Origin: an uncultured Planctomycetaceae bacterium
GTDB taxonomy: Bacteria; Planctomycetota; Planctomycetia; Planctomycetales; Planctomycetaceae
Reading direction: 5' to 3'
Assembly: GCA_963815195.1 (NCBI GenBank)
Contig: CAWFGE010000012.1
Span: forward strand, 800,001-864,000
Length of the DNA: 64,000 nt
This document shows positions 21,828-32,775 of the stretch, in pieces. The notes beneath the pieces were generated by a model. The model did no database searches. It saw nothing but the letters and a program-made list of their open reading frames with translations, and had not been told where the DNA came from. The position numbers and the translations under genes are program-made. How positions within the stretch are numbered: the stretch's first letter is position 1; every line of letters starts with the position of its first letter.

Positions 21828-24800
21828 ATGCCGCTGTTGTCTGGTGCCCGTTGGGCGAGTGTTTCCCGCTGTTTGGGCGTGGCGCTGTTGGCCTGTGGTC
21901 TGCCGTTTTTGTTTGGGGCCGATGCCCCCGAGAAGAAGGCCAAGTCCTCCGACAAACCCCTGTTCGCGAGCGACGTGGTCACCGCCAAAACGCCCGGCCA
22001 TGCCGTCGAAATCGAAGTGGACATCACCGGTGCGAAGCGGCTTGCCCTTGTCGTCACCGACGGAGGCGACGGCTTCAGTTGCGATTGGGTCGATTGGGCC
22101 GAGCCGCGATTGATCGGACCCGAGGGCGAAAAGAAGCTCACCGACCTCAACTGGAAACAGGCGAAAGCCGATTGGGGCCAGGTGCGAAAGAACCAAAACG
22201 CCGGCGGCGGTTCAATGAAGATCGACGGCAAACCCGTGGCCTACGGCATCGGCACGCACGCGGAATCGCTGATCACCTTCGACCTGCCGGCGGGTTATAC
22301 GAAGTTCCGCTGCCGGGCCGGTCTGGACAACGGCGGCACCGACCAGAACAACAACGGCACCACGAGTGCGAAGTTTCTCGTCTTCGCCGATCCGAATCCC
22401 CGCGTGCTCGCCGCTTTGGTTCAGCCCAAAGCCGGGGGCGGCGGCAACCGGGGCAATCTTCCGCCCGGCGAAGCACTCGACGGGTTGGATGTCGCGGACG
22501 GTCTGGAAGTCACCCTCTTCGCCCACGAGCCGCTGACCTTGAGCCCCTCGAACATCGATGTGGATGCCCAGGGCCGGGTCTGGGTTTGCGAAGTCGTCAA
22601 CTACCGCCACTTCGCCAACAAGAACAATCCCCTCCGCGAAGCGGGCGACCGGATTTTGATTCTCGAAGACACCGACGGCGACGCCAAGGCCGACAAGCAA
22701 ACCGTGTTCTATCAGGGCCGGGATATCGATTCGGCCCACGGCGTTTGCGTTCTGGGCAACAAAGCCATCGTCTCCGCGCTCGACAGCGTGTATATCCTCA
22801 CCGACACCGACGGCGATTGGAAAGCCGATAAGAAGGACCTGCTCTTCACCGGGATCGCCGGGGCCCAGCACGACCACGGCATCCATTCGTTCCTGTTTGG
22901 TCCCGACGGCAAGTTGTATTTCAACTTCGGCAACGCCGGGCAGCACATCAAGGACAAAAACGGCAAGCCGATCGTTGATCGACAAGGGAACGAAGTCAAC
23001 AACTCCCGCAAACCTTACCAGGAAGGCATGGTGTTTCGCTGCAATCTCGACGGCTCGGAATTCGAAACCCTGGGCTGGAATTTTCGGAACAATTGGGAAC
23101 TCGCGGTCGACAGCTTCGGCACGATCTGGCAGTCCGACAACGATGACGACGGCAACCGCGGCGTCAGGATCAATTATGTGATGGAGTTCGGCAACTTCGG
23201 CTACAAAGATGAAATCACCGGAGCCGGCTGGAAAGATCCCCGCACCGGCATGCACGAGGAAATCCCCAAGCGGCATTGGCATTTGAACGATCCCGGCGTG
23301 GTGCCGAACCTCTTGCAAACCGGGGCCGGCTCGCCCACGGGGATTTGCGTCTATGAAGGCGACCTCTTGCCCAAGCGATTCCAAAATCAACTCATCCACG
23401 CTGATGCCGGTCCGAACATCGTGCGGGCCTATCTGGTGAAGAACGACGGGGCCGGTTATTCCGCGACGATCGACAACATCCTCGAAGGCACGCGGGACCA
23501 GTGGTTCCGCCCGTCGGATGTGTGCGTCGCTCCGGATGGCTCGCTCTTAATCGCGGACTGGTACGACCCCGGCGTGGGCGGGCACCGCATGGGCGATATT
23601 CAAAAGGGCCGCATCTTCCGCATCGCCCCGCCGAAGAGTTCCTACAAAACACCGAAGTTCGATTTCAGCACGCCGGAAGGCGCGGCGGACGCTTTGAAAA
23701 ATCCGAACCTCGCCGTGCGGTATCTGGCTTGGACTTCGCTTCATAAGATGGGCGACAAAGCCGAACCCGCGCTGTTGAAAATGTTCAATGACAAATCCAA
23801 CCCGCGCTATCGTGCCCGGGCATTGTGGCTGTTGGGCAAAATCGACGGCAAAGGCCAAGAATACGTGGAAAAAGCCACCGAAGATGAAAATCCCAACATT
23901 CGCATCGTCGGTCTGCGGTTGGCGCGGGAATTGAAGTTGGACATCATTCCGATCGTTGAACCGTTAGTCCAAGATAAATCCGCTCAGGTTCGTCGCGAAT
24001 GTGCTATCGCGCTACGGCATCACAGCTCGCCCGAGGCCGCCAATTTTTGGTCCAGGTTGGCAATGCAATACAAACCCGGCGACCGCTGGTACTTGGAAGC
24101 CTTAGGGATTGGTGCCGATGGACAATGGGATCGCTATCTGGATTTATGGTTGGATCTAATAAACAACCAAGTGACGAACCATCCCATCCCTCGCGACGTC
24201 ATTTGGCGTTCCCGCGCGAAGAAGACTCCGGATTTAATTGCGAGCATCATTTTAGATCCCAACACTCCCGCTGAGGAACTGCCCCGCTATTTCCGGGCAC
24301 TGGATTTATTACAGGTGCCCGGTGTGAAGGATGCAGTGATGGAAATCGCCTTCGCCGACTTAAAAGGCGATGCCGAGCGGAAGAATTTTATTACCCGCGA
24401 AGCCTTTGAGCGGTTGAAAGGCGTCAACGTTCAAAACGATCCCAAGGCGAAAGCCAAGCTCAAATCGATTCTGGACGACTCCCAAGGCACGGAGCAGTTT
24501 GTGGAGTTGGTCGGGAAGTTCAGCGTGATGGAACGCTATCCCGATTTGCTGGCGCTGGCGCAATCCAAACCGGATTCACAACTCGGTGTGGAAGCCATGC
24601 GGACTTTGCTCGCGAAGAATCAAACCCAACTGGTCGCCAAGGCCATTGATGAAAAAAATCCGCAAGCCGCCGAGCAGACCGTCAAAGCCCTAGGCAATGC
24701 GGGCGACAAACGGGCGGAGGATATGCTCTGGAAGTTGATCGATGACAACGAGCAACTTCTCGCGATCCGCCGGGCCGCGGTCCTGGCCGCGGGCCGATCG

Positions 24801-25448
24801 CGAAACAGCGCCCTAAAACTTGCCCGGCTCGCCGGCGAAGGCAAGCTCGACAGCAAACTCAAAGATGCCACCGCGTCGGCTCTGCATACCGCCGAGTGGC
24901 CGGAGATCAAAGCCCAGGCCGCGCGGCTGTTCCCGCTGCCTGCTTCCAAGAACAACAAGCCCCTGCCGCCGATCGAGCAGCTTGTCAAACGCCAAGGCGA
25001 CATTCAGAAAGGCCGGGTCTTATTCAACACGACCGCGACCTGTGTGAAGTGCCATATCGTGAACAACGTCGGCCGCGAAGTCGGGCCGGATCTCTCGGAG
25101 ATTGGCAAAAAGCTCAGCCGGGAGGCGATGTTCCAATCGATCCTGTTCCCAAGCGCGGGCATCAGCCACAACTACGAAGCCTACCTCATCGCCCTCGCCG
25201 ACGGCACCACGGTCAACGGTTTGGTGCCCAGCCGAACGGAACAAGAAATCTCCGTCAAAGGCATCGACGGCATCGTGCGGACTTACAAGATGTCCGACGT
25301 GGAGATCGTCAAAAAGCAGGACCTGTCCCTGATGCCCGCGGACCTCCAAAAAGTGATGAGCGAAGAGGACCTGATCGACGTGGTCGAGTATCTCACGACG
25401 CTCAAAGAGGCCAAGAAGTTCGACGAGAAAGGCGGTGGGGGGAAATAG
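21828..25448 (+). CDS. PVC-type heme-binding CxxCH protein (NPCBM-like domain, dehydrogenase-like beta-propeller, HEAT-like repeats, cytochrome c)
   Basis: Signal peptide; GIGTHAES (NPCBM-like); DRILILEDTDGD, FGPDGKLY, NFRNNWE, FRPSDVCVAPDG; CVKCH, GPDLSEIG and SLMP at the C-terminus. Confidence 0.9.
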   Translation: MPLLSGARWASVSRCLGVALLACGLPFLFGADAPEKKAKSSDKPLFASDVVTAKTPGHAVEIEVDITGAKRLALVVTDGGDGFSCDWVDWAEPRLIGPEGEKKLTDLNWKQAKADWGQVRKNQNAGGGSMKIDGKPVAYGIGTHAESLITFDLPAGYTKFRCRAGLDNGGTDQNNNGTTSAKFLVFADPNPRVLAALVQPKAGGGGNRGNLPPGEALDGLDVADGLEVTLFAHEPLTLSPSNIDVDAQGRVWVCEVVNYRHFANKNNPLREAGDRILILEDTDGDAKADKQTVFYQGRDIDSAHGVCVLGNKAIVSALDSVYILTDTDGDWKADKKDLLFTGIAGAQHDHGIHSFLFGPDGKLYFNFGNAGQHIKDKNGKPIVDRQGNEVNNSRKPYQEGMVFRCNLDGSEFETLGWNFRNNWELAVDSFGTIWQSDNDDDGNRGVRINYVMEFGNFGYKDEITGAGWKDPRTGMHEEIPKRHWHLNDPGVVPNLLQTGAGSPTGICVYEGDLLPKRFQNQLIHADAGPNIVRAYLVKNDGAGYSATIDNILEGTRDQWFRPSDVCVAPDGSLLIADWYDPGVGGHRMGDIQKGRIFRIAPPKSSYKTPKFDFSTPEGAADALKNPNLAVRYLAWTSLHKMGDKAEPALLKMFNDKSNPRYRARALWLLGKIDGKGQEYVEKATEDENPNIRIVGLRLARELKLDIIPIVEPLVQDKSAQVRRECAIALRHHSSPEAANFWSRLAMQYKPGDRWYLEALGIGADGQWDRYLDLWLDLINNQVTNHPIPRDVIWRSRAKKTPDLIASIILDPNTPAEELPRYFRALDLLQVPGVKDAVMEIAFADLKGDAERKNFITREAFERLKGVNVQNDPKAKAKLKSILDDSQGTEQFVELVGKFSVMERYPDLLALAQSKPDSQLGVEAMRTLLAKNQTQLVAKAIDEKNPQAAEQTVKALGNAGDKRAEDMLWKLIDDNEQLLAIRRAAVLAAGRSRNSALKLARLAGEGKLDSKLKDATASALHTAEWPEIKAQAARLFPLPASKNNKPLPPIEQLVKRQGDIQKGRVLFNTTATCVKCHIVNNVGREVGPDLSEIGKKLSREAMFQSILFPSAGISHNYEAYLIALADGTTVNGLVPSRTEQEISVKGIDGIVRTYKMSDVEIVKKQDLSLMPADLQKVMSEEDLIDVVEYLTTLKEAKKFDEKGGGGK

Positions 25449-25497
25449 CTGGCTCCGGGATCAGTGTTTACGCTTCTCGGCGAGGGCGGGCCGCGGA

Positions 25498-27084
25498 TTA
25501 AATCTTCGGACCGGCGTTTCTGACTTCGTCGCTGACGCCGTTGGCGAAGCCTTCGAAGTTCTGCTGGAACAGCTTCGCGAGCTTGCCGGCGGTTTCGCGG
25601 AAGCGGTTTTTGTCCCGCCAGGTCTCTTCGGGAACGAGCAGGTCCGAGGACACGTGCGGGCAGGCGGTGACGACTTCAAACCCGAAGACCCGGTCCGTCT
25701 GCGTGGGGGCGTGGGCCAACTGGCCGGAATGGATCGCGTCCACAATCGCCCGCGTGTTCGCGAGCTTGATGCGGTGCCCGACCCCGTAGGCCCCGCCGGT
25801 CCAGCCTGTGTTGATCAGCCACACGTCGGCCCGGTGCCTTTTGATCCGCTGGGCCAAGAGGTCGGCATATTTGCCCGGATGCCAGACCAGAAACGGCCCG
25901 CCGAAGCACGGCGAGAACGCCGCCTGCGGTTCCTCGACGCCCATCTCGGTCCCCGCGACCTTGGCCGTGTAGCCGCTGATGAAATGATACTCCGCCTGGG
26001 CCGGGGTGAGCCGGCTCACCGGCGGCAACACGCCAAAGGCGTCGCAAGTCAGAAAGATCACATCGGTCGGATGCTCCGACACGCAGGGAAGCTTGGCGTT
26101 GTCGATATAGTCGATCGGATAAGACCCGCGCGTGTTCTGCGTGATCGTCGTGTTCGCGAAATCCACGTGACGGTCCGCTTCGTCGTAGATCACGTTTTCC
26201 AAGACGGCCCCGTATTTGAGGGCGTCGAAAATCTGAGGCTCGGCTTCGCGGGTCAAATAAATCGCCTTCGCATAGCAGCCGCCTTCGATATTGAAGATGC
26301 CCTCGTCGGTCCAGCAGTGCTCGTCGTCGCCGATCAACAGCCGATGCGGGTCCGCGGAGAGCGTGGTCTTCCCGGTCCCCGACAGCCCGAACAGCACCGA
26401 CGACTTGCCCGTCTCCTTGTCCTCGGTCGCCGAGCAGTGCATCGACAACACGCCCCGCTTGGGCATGAGGTAATTCATCAGCGTGAACACGGCTTTCTTC
26501 ATTTCGCCGGCGTACTCGGTGCCCAGGATCACGACTTCGCCGCGCTCCAGGCTCAGGTCCACGCTGGTTTTGGAGGTCATGCCGGTGGTGTAGCGGTTGG
26601 CGGGAAAGGCCCCGGCGTTCAGGATCACGCAGTCCGGCTCGCCGAAGTTCTCCAATTGCTCCCGCGTGGGCCGAATGAGCATGTTGTGCATGAACAGCGC
26701 ATGATACGGCCAGGCGCAGATCACGCGGACCTTGAGTTGATACTTCGGATCCCAACCCGCGAAGGCATCGATGACGTACAGCGTATCGCGGGTGTTGAGA
26801 TAATCGACAGCCCGTTCGCGATTGATGGCGAAGGTCAACTCGTCCAACGGCACGTTCACCGCGCCCCACCAGACATTGGGTTCCGAATCGGGATGCTTGA
26901 CGACCCGCTTGTCCTTGGGCGAGCGGCCGGTCTTGTCGCCGGAGTAGGCAATCAATGCCCCGCGGTTGGAAATCGTGCTTTTGCGGTCTTTGCGAATCGC
27001 TTCTTCATAGAGATGGGCCGGTGCGGGGTTCCGCCGAATCTCCTCGACATCCAACCCATACGCCGCCAAGAGATGCTCCGCCAT
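25498..27084 (-). CDS. pckA: Phosphoenolpyruvate carboxykinase (ATP)
   Basis: TGRSPKDK, YAGEMKK, MHCS, GLSGTGKTTLS, LIGDDEH, NIEGGCYAK. Confidence 0.97.
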   Translation of the reverse strand: MAEHLLAAYGLDVEEIRRNPAPAHLYEEAIRKDRKSTISNRGALIAYSGDKTGRSPKDKRVVKHPDSEPNVWWGAVNVPLDELTFAINRERAVDYLNTRDTLYVIDAFAGWDPKYQLKVRVICAWPYHALFMHNMLIRPTREQLENFGEPDCVILNAGAFPANRYTTGMTSKTSVDLSLERGEVVILGTEYAGEMKKAVFTLMNYLMPKRGVLSMHCSATEDKETGKSSVLFGLSGTGKTTLSADPHRLLIGDDEHCWTDEGIFNIEGGCYAKAIYLTREAEPQIFDALKYGAVLENVIYDEADRHVDFANTTITQNTRGSYPIDYIDNAKLPCVSEHPTDVIFLTCDAFGVLPPVSRLTPAQAEYHFISGYTAKVAGTEMGVEEPQAAFSPCFGGPFLVWHPGKYADLLAQRIKRHRADVWLINTGWTGGAYGVGHRIKLANTRAIVDAIHSGQLAHAPTQTDRVFGFEVVTACPHVSSDLLVPEETWRDKNRFRETAGKLAKLFQQNFEGFANGVSDEVRNAGPKI

Positions 27085-27250
27085 GACTCCGTCCTCCGCT
27101 CGCCTTCGGATGATCGTTCAACACGTACGCCGAGATCGTAAAAACCTCTGTGCATTCTAACGCAGGTTTTCGATCGGACTCCAGGCCGGATTCGAGACAA
27201 TCCGGCAAGGAATCCATCTTGATCTGGACACGTCGTGAAACACAAACGAG

Positions 27251-28492
27251 TTAGGACGCCTGCGATGCGGCGTATTGCTCTCTGAGCCAATCGTCTTCGA
27301 CCGTCTGGCCTTTGGGGAGCGTTTTGATGGCTTCGAGCACGGCTTCGATTTGGGCATCGGCCGGTTCCAGGCCCAGTTCGCTCAGTCGATGCGCGACCGC
27401 CCGCCGGCCGCTATGCCGGCCCAGGATCAACCGCACGCCCGCCGCCCCCACGCGTTCGGGGCGGTAGGGCAAATAGGTGTCGGGATTTTTTAATAGGCCG
27501 TCTTGATGAATCCCCGCTTCCGTGGCGAACACGTTGGAACCCGCGACCGGTTTCATCGGCGAGAGCCTGATCCCCGTCAGTTCCGCCACCAGTTCACACA
27601 GCGGCACGAGCTTCGTCGTATCGATTTTCGCGGTGCGGCCGTATTGCTCGGCGTTCATCGTGAGCGCGATCGCGACTTCTTCGAGGGACGCATTTCCCGC
27701 CCGCTCGCCGATGCCGTTGACCGTGCACTGCACGACGTTCGCCCCCGCCGCGATCCCCGCCAGCGAATTGGCGACGGCCAGTCCGTAATCGTTATGAAAG
27801 TGCACCGCGAGCAAGGCTTTGTCCATGTTGGGGACGCTGTCTTGAATCCGCCGCAGGATGTCCTGGACTTTTTCGGGCGTCAACACGCCGACGGTATCGG
27901 GAAAGCCGATCGTGGTCGCCCCGGCGTCGATGGCTTCCTTATAACAGGTGCAGAGAAAATCCAGTTCGGTCCGGCTCGCATCTTCCGGGCTGAAGGCCAC
28001 GATCGGAAACCGCTCCGCGGCGTAAGTCACCGTCTCGCGGATGATCTCCAAAATCTGCTCTTTGGATTTGTTCAATTTGTGTTCGCGGTGCAAAGGGCTT
28101 GTCCCGCAGAACAGGCTCACGCCCCGCTTGTGGTGCGGCTGGCCTTCGAGGGCCTGGGCGGCGGCGTCCACATCGCCTTTGACCGTCCGGCAGAGCGCGG
28201 TGAGCACCGGCTTTTTCACGACGCCGATCATTTTGCGAATCGCGATCACGTCGGCTTCCGAAGACGCCGGGAACCCCGCATCGAGCGAATGAATCCCGGC
28301 TGCCTCCAAAGCGAGCGCGATCCGCAGCTTGTCCTCGGGCTCCAGCGTCGCTCCCGGCATCTGCTCGCCGTCGCGGAGCGTCGTATCGCTGAACAAGACC
28401 TCGCCGCTGCGTCGATGGTGACTGATAACCACCTGCTTGACTACCTTTTCCACTTTACGGCGAACCGCCGTCAAAACCCCGGCCAACGACAT
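27251..28492 (-). CDS. DRE-TIM alpha-ketoacid/acetyl-CoA condensing enzyme (short LeuA or homocitrate synthase-like)
   Basis: [41 protein letters not shown]; about 413 aa, with no C-terminal regulatory domain. Confidence 0.88.
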   Translation of the reverse strand: MSLAGVLTAVRRKVEKVVKQVVISHHRRSGEVLFSDTTLRDGEQMPGATLEPEDKLRIALALEAAGIHSLDAGFPASSEADVIAIRKMIGVVKKPVLTALCRTVKGDVDAAAQALEGQPHHKRGVSLFCGTSPLHREHKLNKSKEQILEIIRETVTYAAERFPIVAFSPEDASRTELDFLCTCYKEAIDAGATTIGFPDTVGVLTPEKVQDILRRIQDSVPNMDKALLAVHFHNDYGLAVANSLAGIAAGANVVQCTVNGIGERAGNASLEEVAIALTMNAEQYGRTAKIDTTKLVPLCELVAELTGIRLSPMKPVAGSNVFATEAGIHQDGLLKNPDTYLPYRPERVGAAGVRLILGRHSGRRAVAHRLSELGLEPADAQIEAVLEAIKTLPKGQTVEDDWLREQYAASQAS

Positions 28493-28687
28493 AACCGCCA
28501 CTCAAAAAGGAAACAAACCCAGATTGTAGGCGAGCGATCTCGGTCAAGGGAAGCGCTCGGACGGTTTTTGTTGTGCACTGCAATTTGCCGGGAAGATTGG
28601 TAAGTTGAATCTCAATCAACCGGTCCGCGACGAGATCCGGACCGGTGACGATTTCGTCGCGAACTGATGTCAAAGTGAGAACGAATC

Positions 28688-31600
28688 ATGCATCGCATCA
28701 AATCGCCTTGCGTTTGGGTCGCACTCGGCCTGTCCTTCCTGGGCGGAAAAAGCTGGGCGGATCCGGGTGAGACGGCCAAACGGCCCGCGTGGACCACCTC
28801 GCGAGTGAAGGGCAGTCCCGATCCCCCGTTGCCTTACCGGGCGAGACGAGTGTTTCCGCATTTGGGATTCACGCAGCCCACGGTGTTGACGAGCGCCCCG
28901 GGAACAGAGCGGCTGTTCGTCGCGGAACAAGGCGGACGCATCTATTCCATTCCCAACAACCGCGATTGCCGAAAGGCCGATCTGTTTTTGGATGTCAACC
29001 TGTCGGTCAAGCGGCTGAATGCGTCGCTCAAGGAGAGGGACCAGGTGGCGTTCGTTGCGGTTTACGGGCTGACGTTTCATCCGGAATTCGCAACGAACCG
29101 CCGATGTTATGTCTGCTATGTGGTCCGCTACAAAGACGGCGGCCGAGGGCAACACCCGCAGGGAACGCGCGTGGTGGAACTCCGCGCGACCGAGAGCGAC
29201 CCGCCCGCGGCCATGCTGGAAAGCGAGAAAGAAATCCTCACCTGGCTGGACGGCGGCCATAACGGAGGCTGTCTCAAATTTGGCCCCGACGGCATGCTTT
29301 ACATTTCCACAGGCGACGGCGGGAACGCATTCCCTCCCGATGGGCACACCTCGGGACAAGATGTCACGAATCTGCTCGCGGGGATTTTGCGAATCGATGT
29401 GAACCGAACATCCAACGACAAGCCTTATGCGATTCCGCCGGACAATCCTTTCGCCAAGGCTCAAGTCGGAAAGCCGCTTGATCTTCCTGGAGAACCGGAG
29501 GAATCAAAACGAACTCCATTGCCTGCCGTCCCGAACGGTGTGCGGCGGGAGATTTGGGCTTACGGAATGCGGAACCCGTGGAAGATGAGCTTCGATCGCA
29601 AGACGGGCGATCTGTGGGTCGGCGACGTTGGCTGGGAGCTTTGGGAATTGATCTACCGCGTGAAACCGGGCGACAATTACGGTTGGAGCCTCGTGGAAGG
29701 CCGGCAACCCGTGCGGCCCAATCAAAAGCCCGGTCCCACGCCCGTCGTTCCGCCCGCCGCCGAGATTCCCCATACCGAAGCCGCCTCGATCACCGGCGGC
29801 TTCGTCTACCGTGGCGATCGGTTGCGGGAGCTGCGCGGGCATTACATCTTCGGCGATTGGGAAACCCGCCGGTTCTGGAGCGTGGCCGTCGACGGCGCGA
29901 CCATCGGCCCGCGGCGGGAATTGGTGGAGCCCACCGTCCGCATTGTCGGTTTTGCCGAGCGCAACAACGGGGAACTCTTGCTCTTGGATTACGATGACGG
30001 TTCGATTCACGAACTCGTGCGAAACGAGGCGGTTCGAGTCGGGGAGACGTCGTTCCCGCGAAAGCTCAGCGAGACGGGCTTGTTCGATTCCGTCGCCGAG
30101 CACACGCCCGCCGAGGGGGTCGTGCCGTTTTCGATCAATGTGCCCCAATGGTCGGATTACGCCCAAGGCGAACGCTGGCTGGGTTTGCCGGGCGATTCCT
30201 CGATCACGGTGCATCCGCGGCCGGTGAGCGTGAGCGGTTCCATGTTCAACCGGTCGATGGATTACCCCAAAGATGCGGTGTTGATGAAGACATTGTCGCT
30301 GGAACTCAAGCACGGCGACCCCTGGTCGAAGCGGCGGATTGAAACGCAGCTTCTGCACTTCAACGGCTACGATTGGCGGGGCTATACCTATCGCTGGAAC
30401 GAAGACCAAACGGACGCGGAACTCGTCGAAGCCACGGGAGCCGTGGCATCTTTCGAGGTGATTGACAAGCACGCGCCCGGCGGGCGGCGGCTGCAAAAAT
30501 GGCGGTTTTCCTCGCGGATGGAGTGCATTCGCTGCCATAACCCGTGGGCGGAGTTTTCGCTGGCTTTCAACATTCCGCAGTTAAACCGCGGGGAGCGAAC
30601 CAATCAACTCGAAGAACTCTACCGCCGGGGCGTGCTGCACGATCCGCCGCCGGCGGCGCATCCCGGCGATCCCTTCGCCGTGATCGAGCCGTCTTTGCCC
30701 CTGCGGGAGCGTCCGCGCCTCGTCGATCCTTTGGATGAGTCGGCTGATCTCAACGGGCGGGCTCGCGCTTATCTGCATGCCAACTGCGCTCATTGCCATC
30801 GCTTTAACGGCGGGGGCTCGGCACGGATTTATCTTCCCTTTGATACGTCGATCTATAAAACGGAAGCCGTCTCCACGCGTCCCTCGCAAGGCACGTTCGG
30901 CATCGAAGAGGCCCGGATTATTGCGCCCGGCGATCCCGACCGTTCCGTGCTCTACTTCCGCATGGCGAAAGCGGGAGCCGGCCACATGCCGCACCTTGGC
31001 TCCTCTTTGATCGACTTCCGCGGCGTGTCCTTGGTGCACGATTGGATTCACCAACTGCCCCCGGACATCGAAGTGGCCGAGAAGATCGACGAGTTGGCGG
31101 CCCTCGATGAACCGGCCGTTTTGCAAAAGGAGCAGCGAGAGGCGGCGTGGACCCGCTGGAAAATCGCCCGGCAAATCGCCGACCGGGGCGGCCGCGAAAT
31201 CCCCACGAAAGCCGATATGGACGCGGCCAGAGGCCAGGCGAAGAACGAAGCCAAAGCCCGGGCGGATGGGCGGGAACGCCGGCGGACGGAATTGATCGGG
31301 CAGATCCTATGCGATTCCCGCGGCGCACTCGCCTTGTCGCGCGCATGCCGTACGGGAAAAGTCCCGGCGTCGATTCAAACGCTTTCGGTGGGCACCGCCA
31401 TGCAGCATGAAAACATCGCGGTGCGGGATCTGTTCGATCCCTTCCTGCCGGACGATCAACGCATCGAGCGGTTGGGGGATTCCATTGATTCCAAGCAGCT
31501 TTTGAGTTTGGCCGGCAATGCGAACCGCGGTCGGGAATTGTTCTTGAACGCGAAAGGCGTGTCCTGCCGAAATTGCCACCGCGTGGGCCAGCAAGGAAAA

Positions 31601-31933
31601 TCCCTGGGTCCGGACTTGAGCCAGATTGGCAAAAAGCTGAACCGGCCCAAATTGTTGGAAAGCCTTTTGGAACCCTCGCGCGAGATCGATCCCAAGTTCG
31701 CGAGCTGGCAAGTGCTGACGGCATCGGGCCAGGTGGTCTTGGGACTCTTGGAGAAGCGAACGGATCGGGAAGTGGTCCTCCGCGATGCCGAGGGCAAACA
31801 GCACAAGCTCGCCACGGCTGAGATCGAAGAAATGTTCCCGCAAAGAACGTCATTGATGCCGGACCGCCAGATCCAGGGCCTGACCCCCCAACAAGCCGCC
31901 GACCTGCTCGAGTGGCTGGCCAGTTTGAAGTAA
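28688..31933 (+). CDS. Glucose/sorbosone dehydrogenase-like propeller fused to a triheme cytochrome c region
   Basis: HNGGCLKFGPDGMLYISTGDGG, YGMRNPWK, GDVG, NYGW; CIRCH, CAHCH, CRNCH. Confidence 0.9.
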   Translation: MHRIKSPCVWVALGLSFLGGKSWADPGETAKRPAWTTSRVKGSPDPPLPYRARRVFPHLGFTQPTVLTSAPGTERLFVAEQGGRIYSIPNNRDCRKADLFLDVNLSVKRLNASLKERDQVAFVAVYGLTFHPEFATNRRCYVCYVVRYKDGGRGQHPQGTRVVELRATESDPPAAMLESEKEILTWLDGGHNGGCLKFGPDGMLYISTGDGGNAFPPDGHTSGQDVTNLLAGILRIDVNRTSNDKPYAIPPDNPFAKAQVGKPLDLPGEPEESKRTPLPAVPNGVRREIWAYGMRNPWKMSFDRKTGDLWVGDVGWELWELIYRVKPGDNYGWSLVEGRQPVRPNQKPGPTPVVPPAAEIPHTEAASITGGFVYRGDRLRELRGHYIFGDWETRRFWSVAVDGATIGPRRELVEPTVRIVGFAERNNGELLLLDYDDGSIHELVRNEAVRVGETSFPRKLSETGLFDSVAEHTPAEGVVPFSINVPQWSDYAQGERWLGLPGDSSITVHPRPVSVSGSMFNRSMDYPKDAVLMKTLSLELKHGDPWSKRRIETQLLHFNGYDWRGYTYRWNEDQTDAELVEATGAVASFEVIDKHAPGGRRLQKWRFSSRMECIRCHNPWAEFSLAFNIPQLNRGERTNQLEELYRRGVLHDPPPAAHPGDPFAVIEPSLPLRERPRLVDPLDESADLNGRARAYLHANCAHCHRFNGGGSARIYLPFDTSIYKTEAVSTRPSQGTFGIEEARIIAPGDPDRSVLYFRMAKAGAGHMPHLGSSLIDFRGVSLVHDWIHQLPPDIEVAEKIDELAALDEPAVLQKEQREAAWTRWKIARQIADRGGREIPTKADMDAARGQAKNEAKARADGRERRRTELIGQILCDSRGALALSRACRTGKVPASIQTLSVGTAMQHENIAVRDLFDPFLPDDQRIERLGDSIDSKQLLSLAGNANRGRELFLNAKGVSCRNCHRVGQQGKSLGPDLSQIGKKLNRPKLLESLLEPSREIDPKFASWQVLTASGQVVLGLLEKRTDREVVLRDAEGKQHKLATAEIEEMFPQRTSLMPDRQIQGLTPQQAADLLEWLASLK

Positions 31934-31951
31934 AAGTCCGCGCTTCTCATT

Positions 31952-32010
31952 CAAATCCGAAGCGCGCAGTCGGCAATCCGAAACAAATCCAAAATCCCTA
32001 TGTCCCAAAC
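31952..32010. repeat. Heptamer-rich element related to 4855-4911 (opposite orientation)
   Basis: AAATCCGAA...AATCCGAAACAAAT...CCCAAAC matches the reverse complement of 4855-4911 in blocks. Confidence 0.5.
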
Positions 32011-32183
32011 AAACTGCTCCATACATCCAGCCCACCCGACGCGCTGGGTTTAACTTCCCACGGGGGACTTGACAAATTCAAGCCAGTGGTTGGCGAAGCG
32101 GACACGCCCTTCGTCGCGACGGAGATGTTCCCACACCGTCAAATGGGTTCGAGACAATTCACCAGTCTGATAAAGGCCAAACC

Positions 32184-32738
32184 ATGAACAGTCAGCCCAT
32201 GCCCGAAACGAATGAGCGACAACTGCTGTCCCGGTCGCTGAAAGTCGCGGGGGGCTTGTTGATCGCGCTCGGCATCGTTTCGATCATTGTCCCCTGGGCG
32301 GCGGCGATTGCGATTGAGGCCTTTCTGGGCGTGGTGTTCCTGCTGGCGGGCTTCGGGGAATTGATTTTCGCCTGGGAATTTCGCTCGGTGGACGGCGCGG
32401 CGTGGCGGTTCCTGCGGGCCGCGGGATTCCTCGCCGCGGGCGTTTTGCTATTCGTGTTCCCGCTCGTTGGGATCGGCGCTCTCACACTTGTGTTGGGGAT
32501 ATTATTCTTCGCCGACGGCCTCTTGCGGCTGATGCTGGCGGCGCATCTCCAGCGGAATCAAGGTTTCGTCATCGTCGACGGCGTGTTGGGCATTCTTCTG
32601 GGAATCGTGATTCTCATAGGCTGGCCCGGAAACGCCCCTTGGATTCTCGGAATCCTCGTGGGCATCCGCCTGTTGATGACGGGGGTCGCGCTGTGGATGA
32701 TCGGCTCCGCCTTCCGCTCAACGCATCCGCCAATGTAA
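32184..32738 (+). CDS. HdeD/DUF308-family membrane protein
   Basis: About six hydrophobic helices; GILLGIVILIGWP...WILGILVGIRLLMTG. Confidence 0.85.
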   Translation: MNSQPMPETNERQLLSRSLKVAGGLLIALGIVSIIVPWAAAIAIEAFLGVVFLLAGFGELIFAWEFRSVDGAAWRFLRAAGFLAAGVLLFVFPLVGIGALTLVLGILFFADGLLRLMLAAHLQRNQGFVIVDGVLGILLGIVILIGWPGNAPWILGILVGIRLLMTGVALWMIGSAFRSTHPPM

Positions 32739-32775
32739 CGCCTGCCGGTCAAAACCTTTCCGAAGGATTCGTTCC

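Noticed and set aside
32040..32183. Riboswitch or tRNA upstream of the HdeD-like gene
   Set aside because: Only a short GACGG/CCGTC hairpin and a GGTTCGA word are present; no cloverleaf or recognisable aptamer. An Rfam search would settle it.
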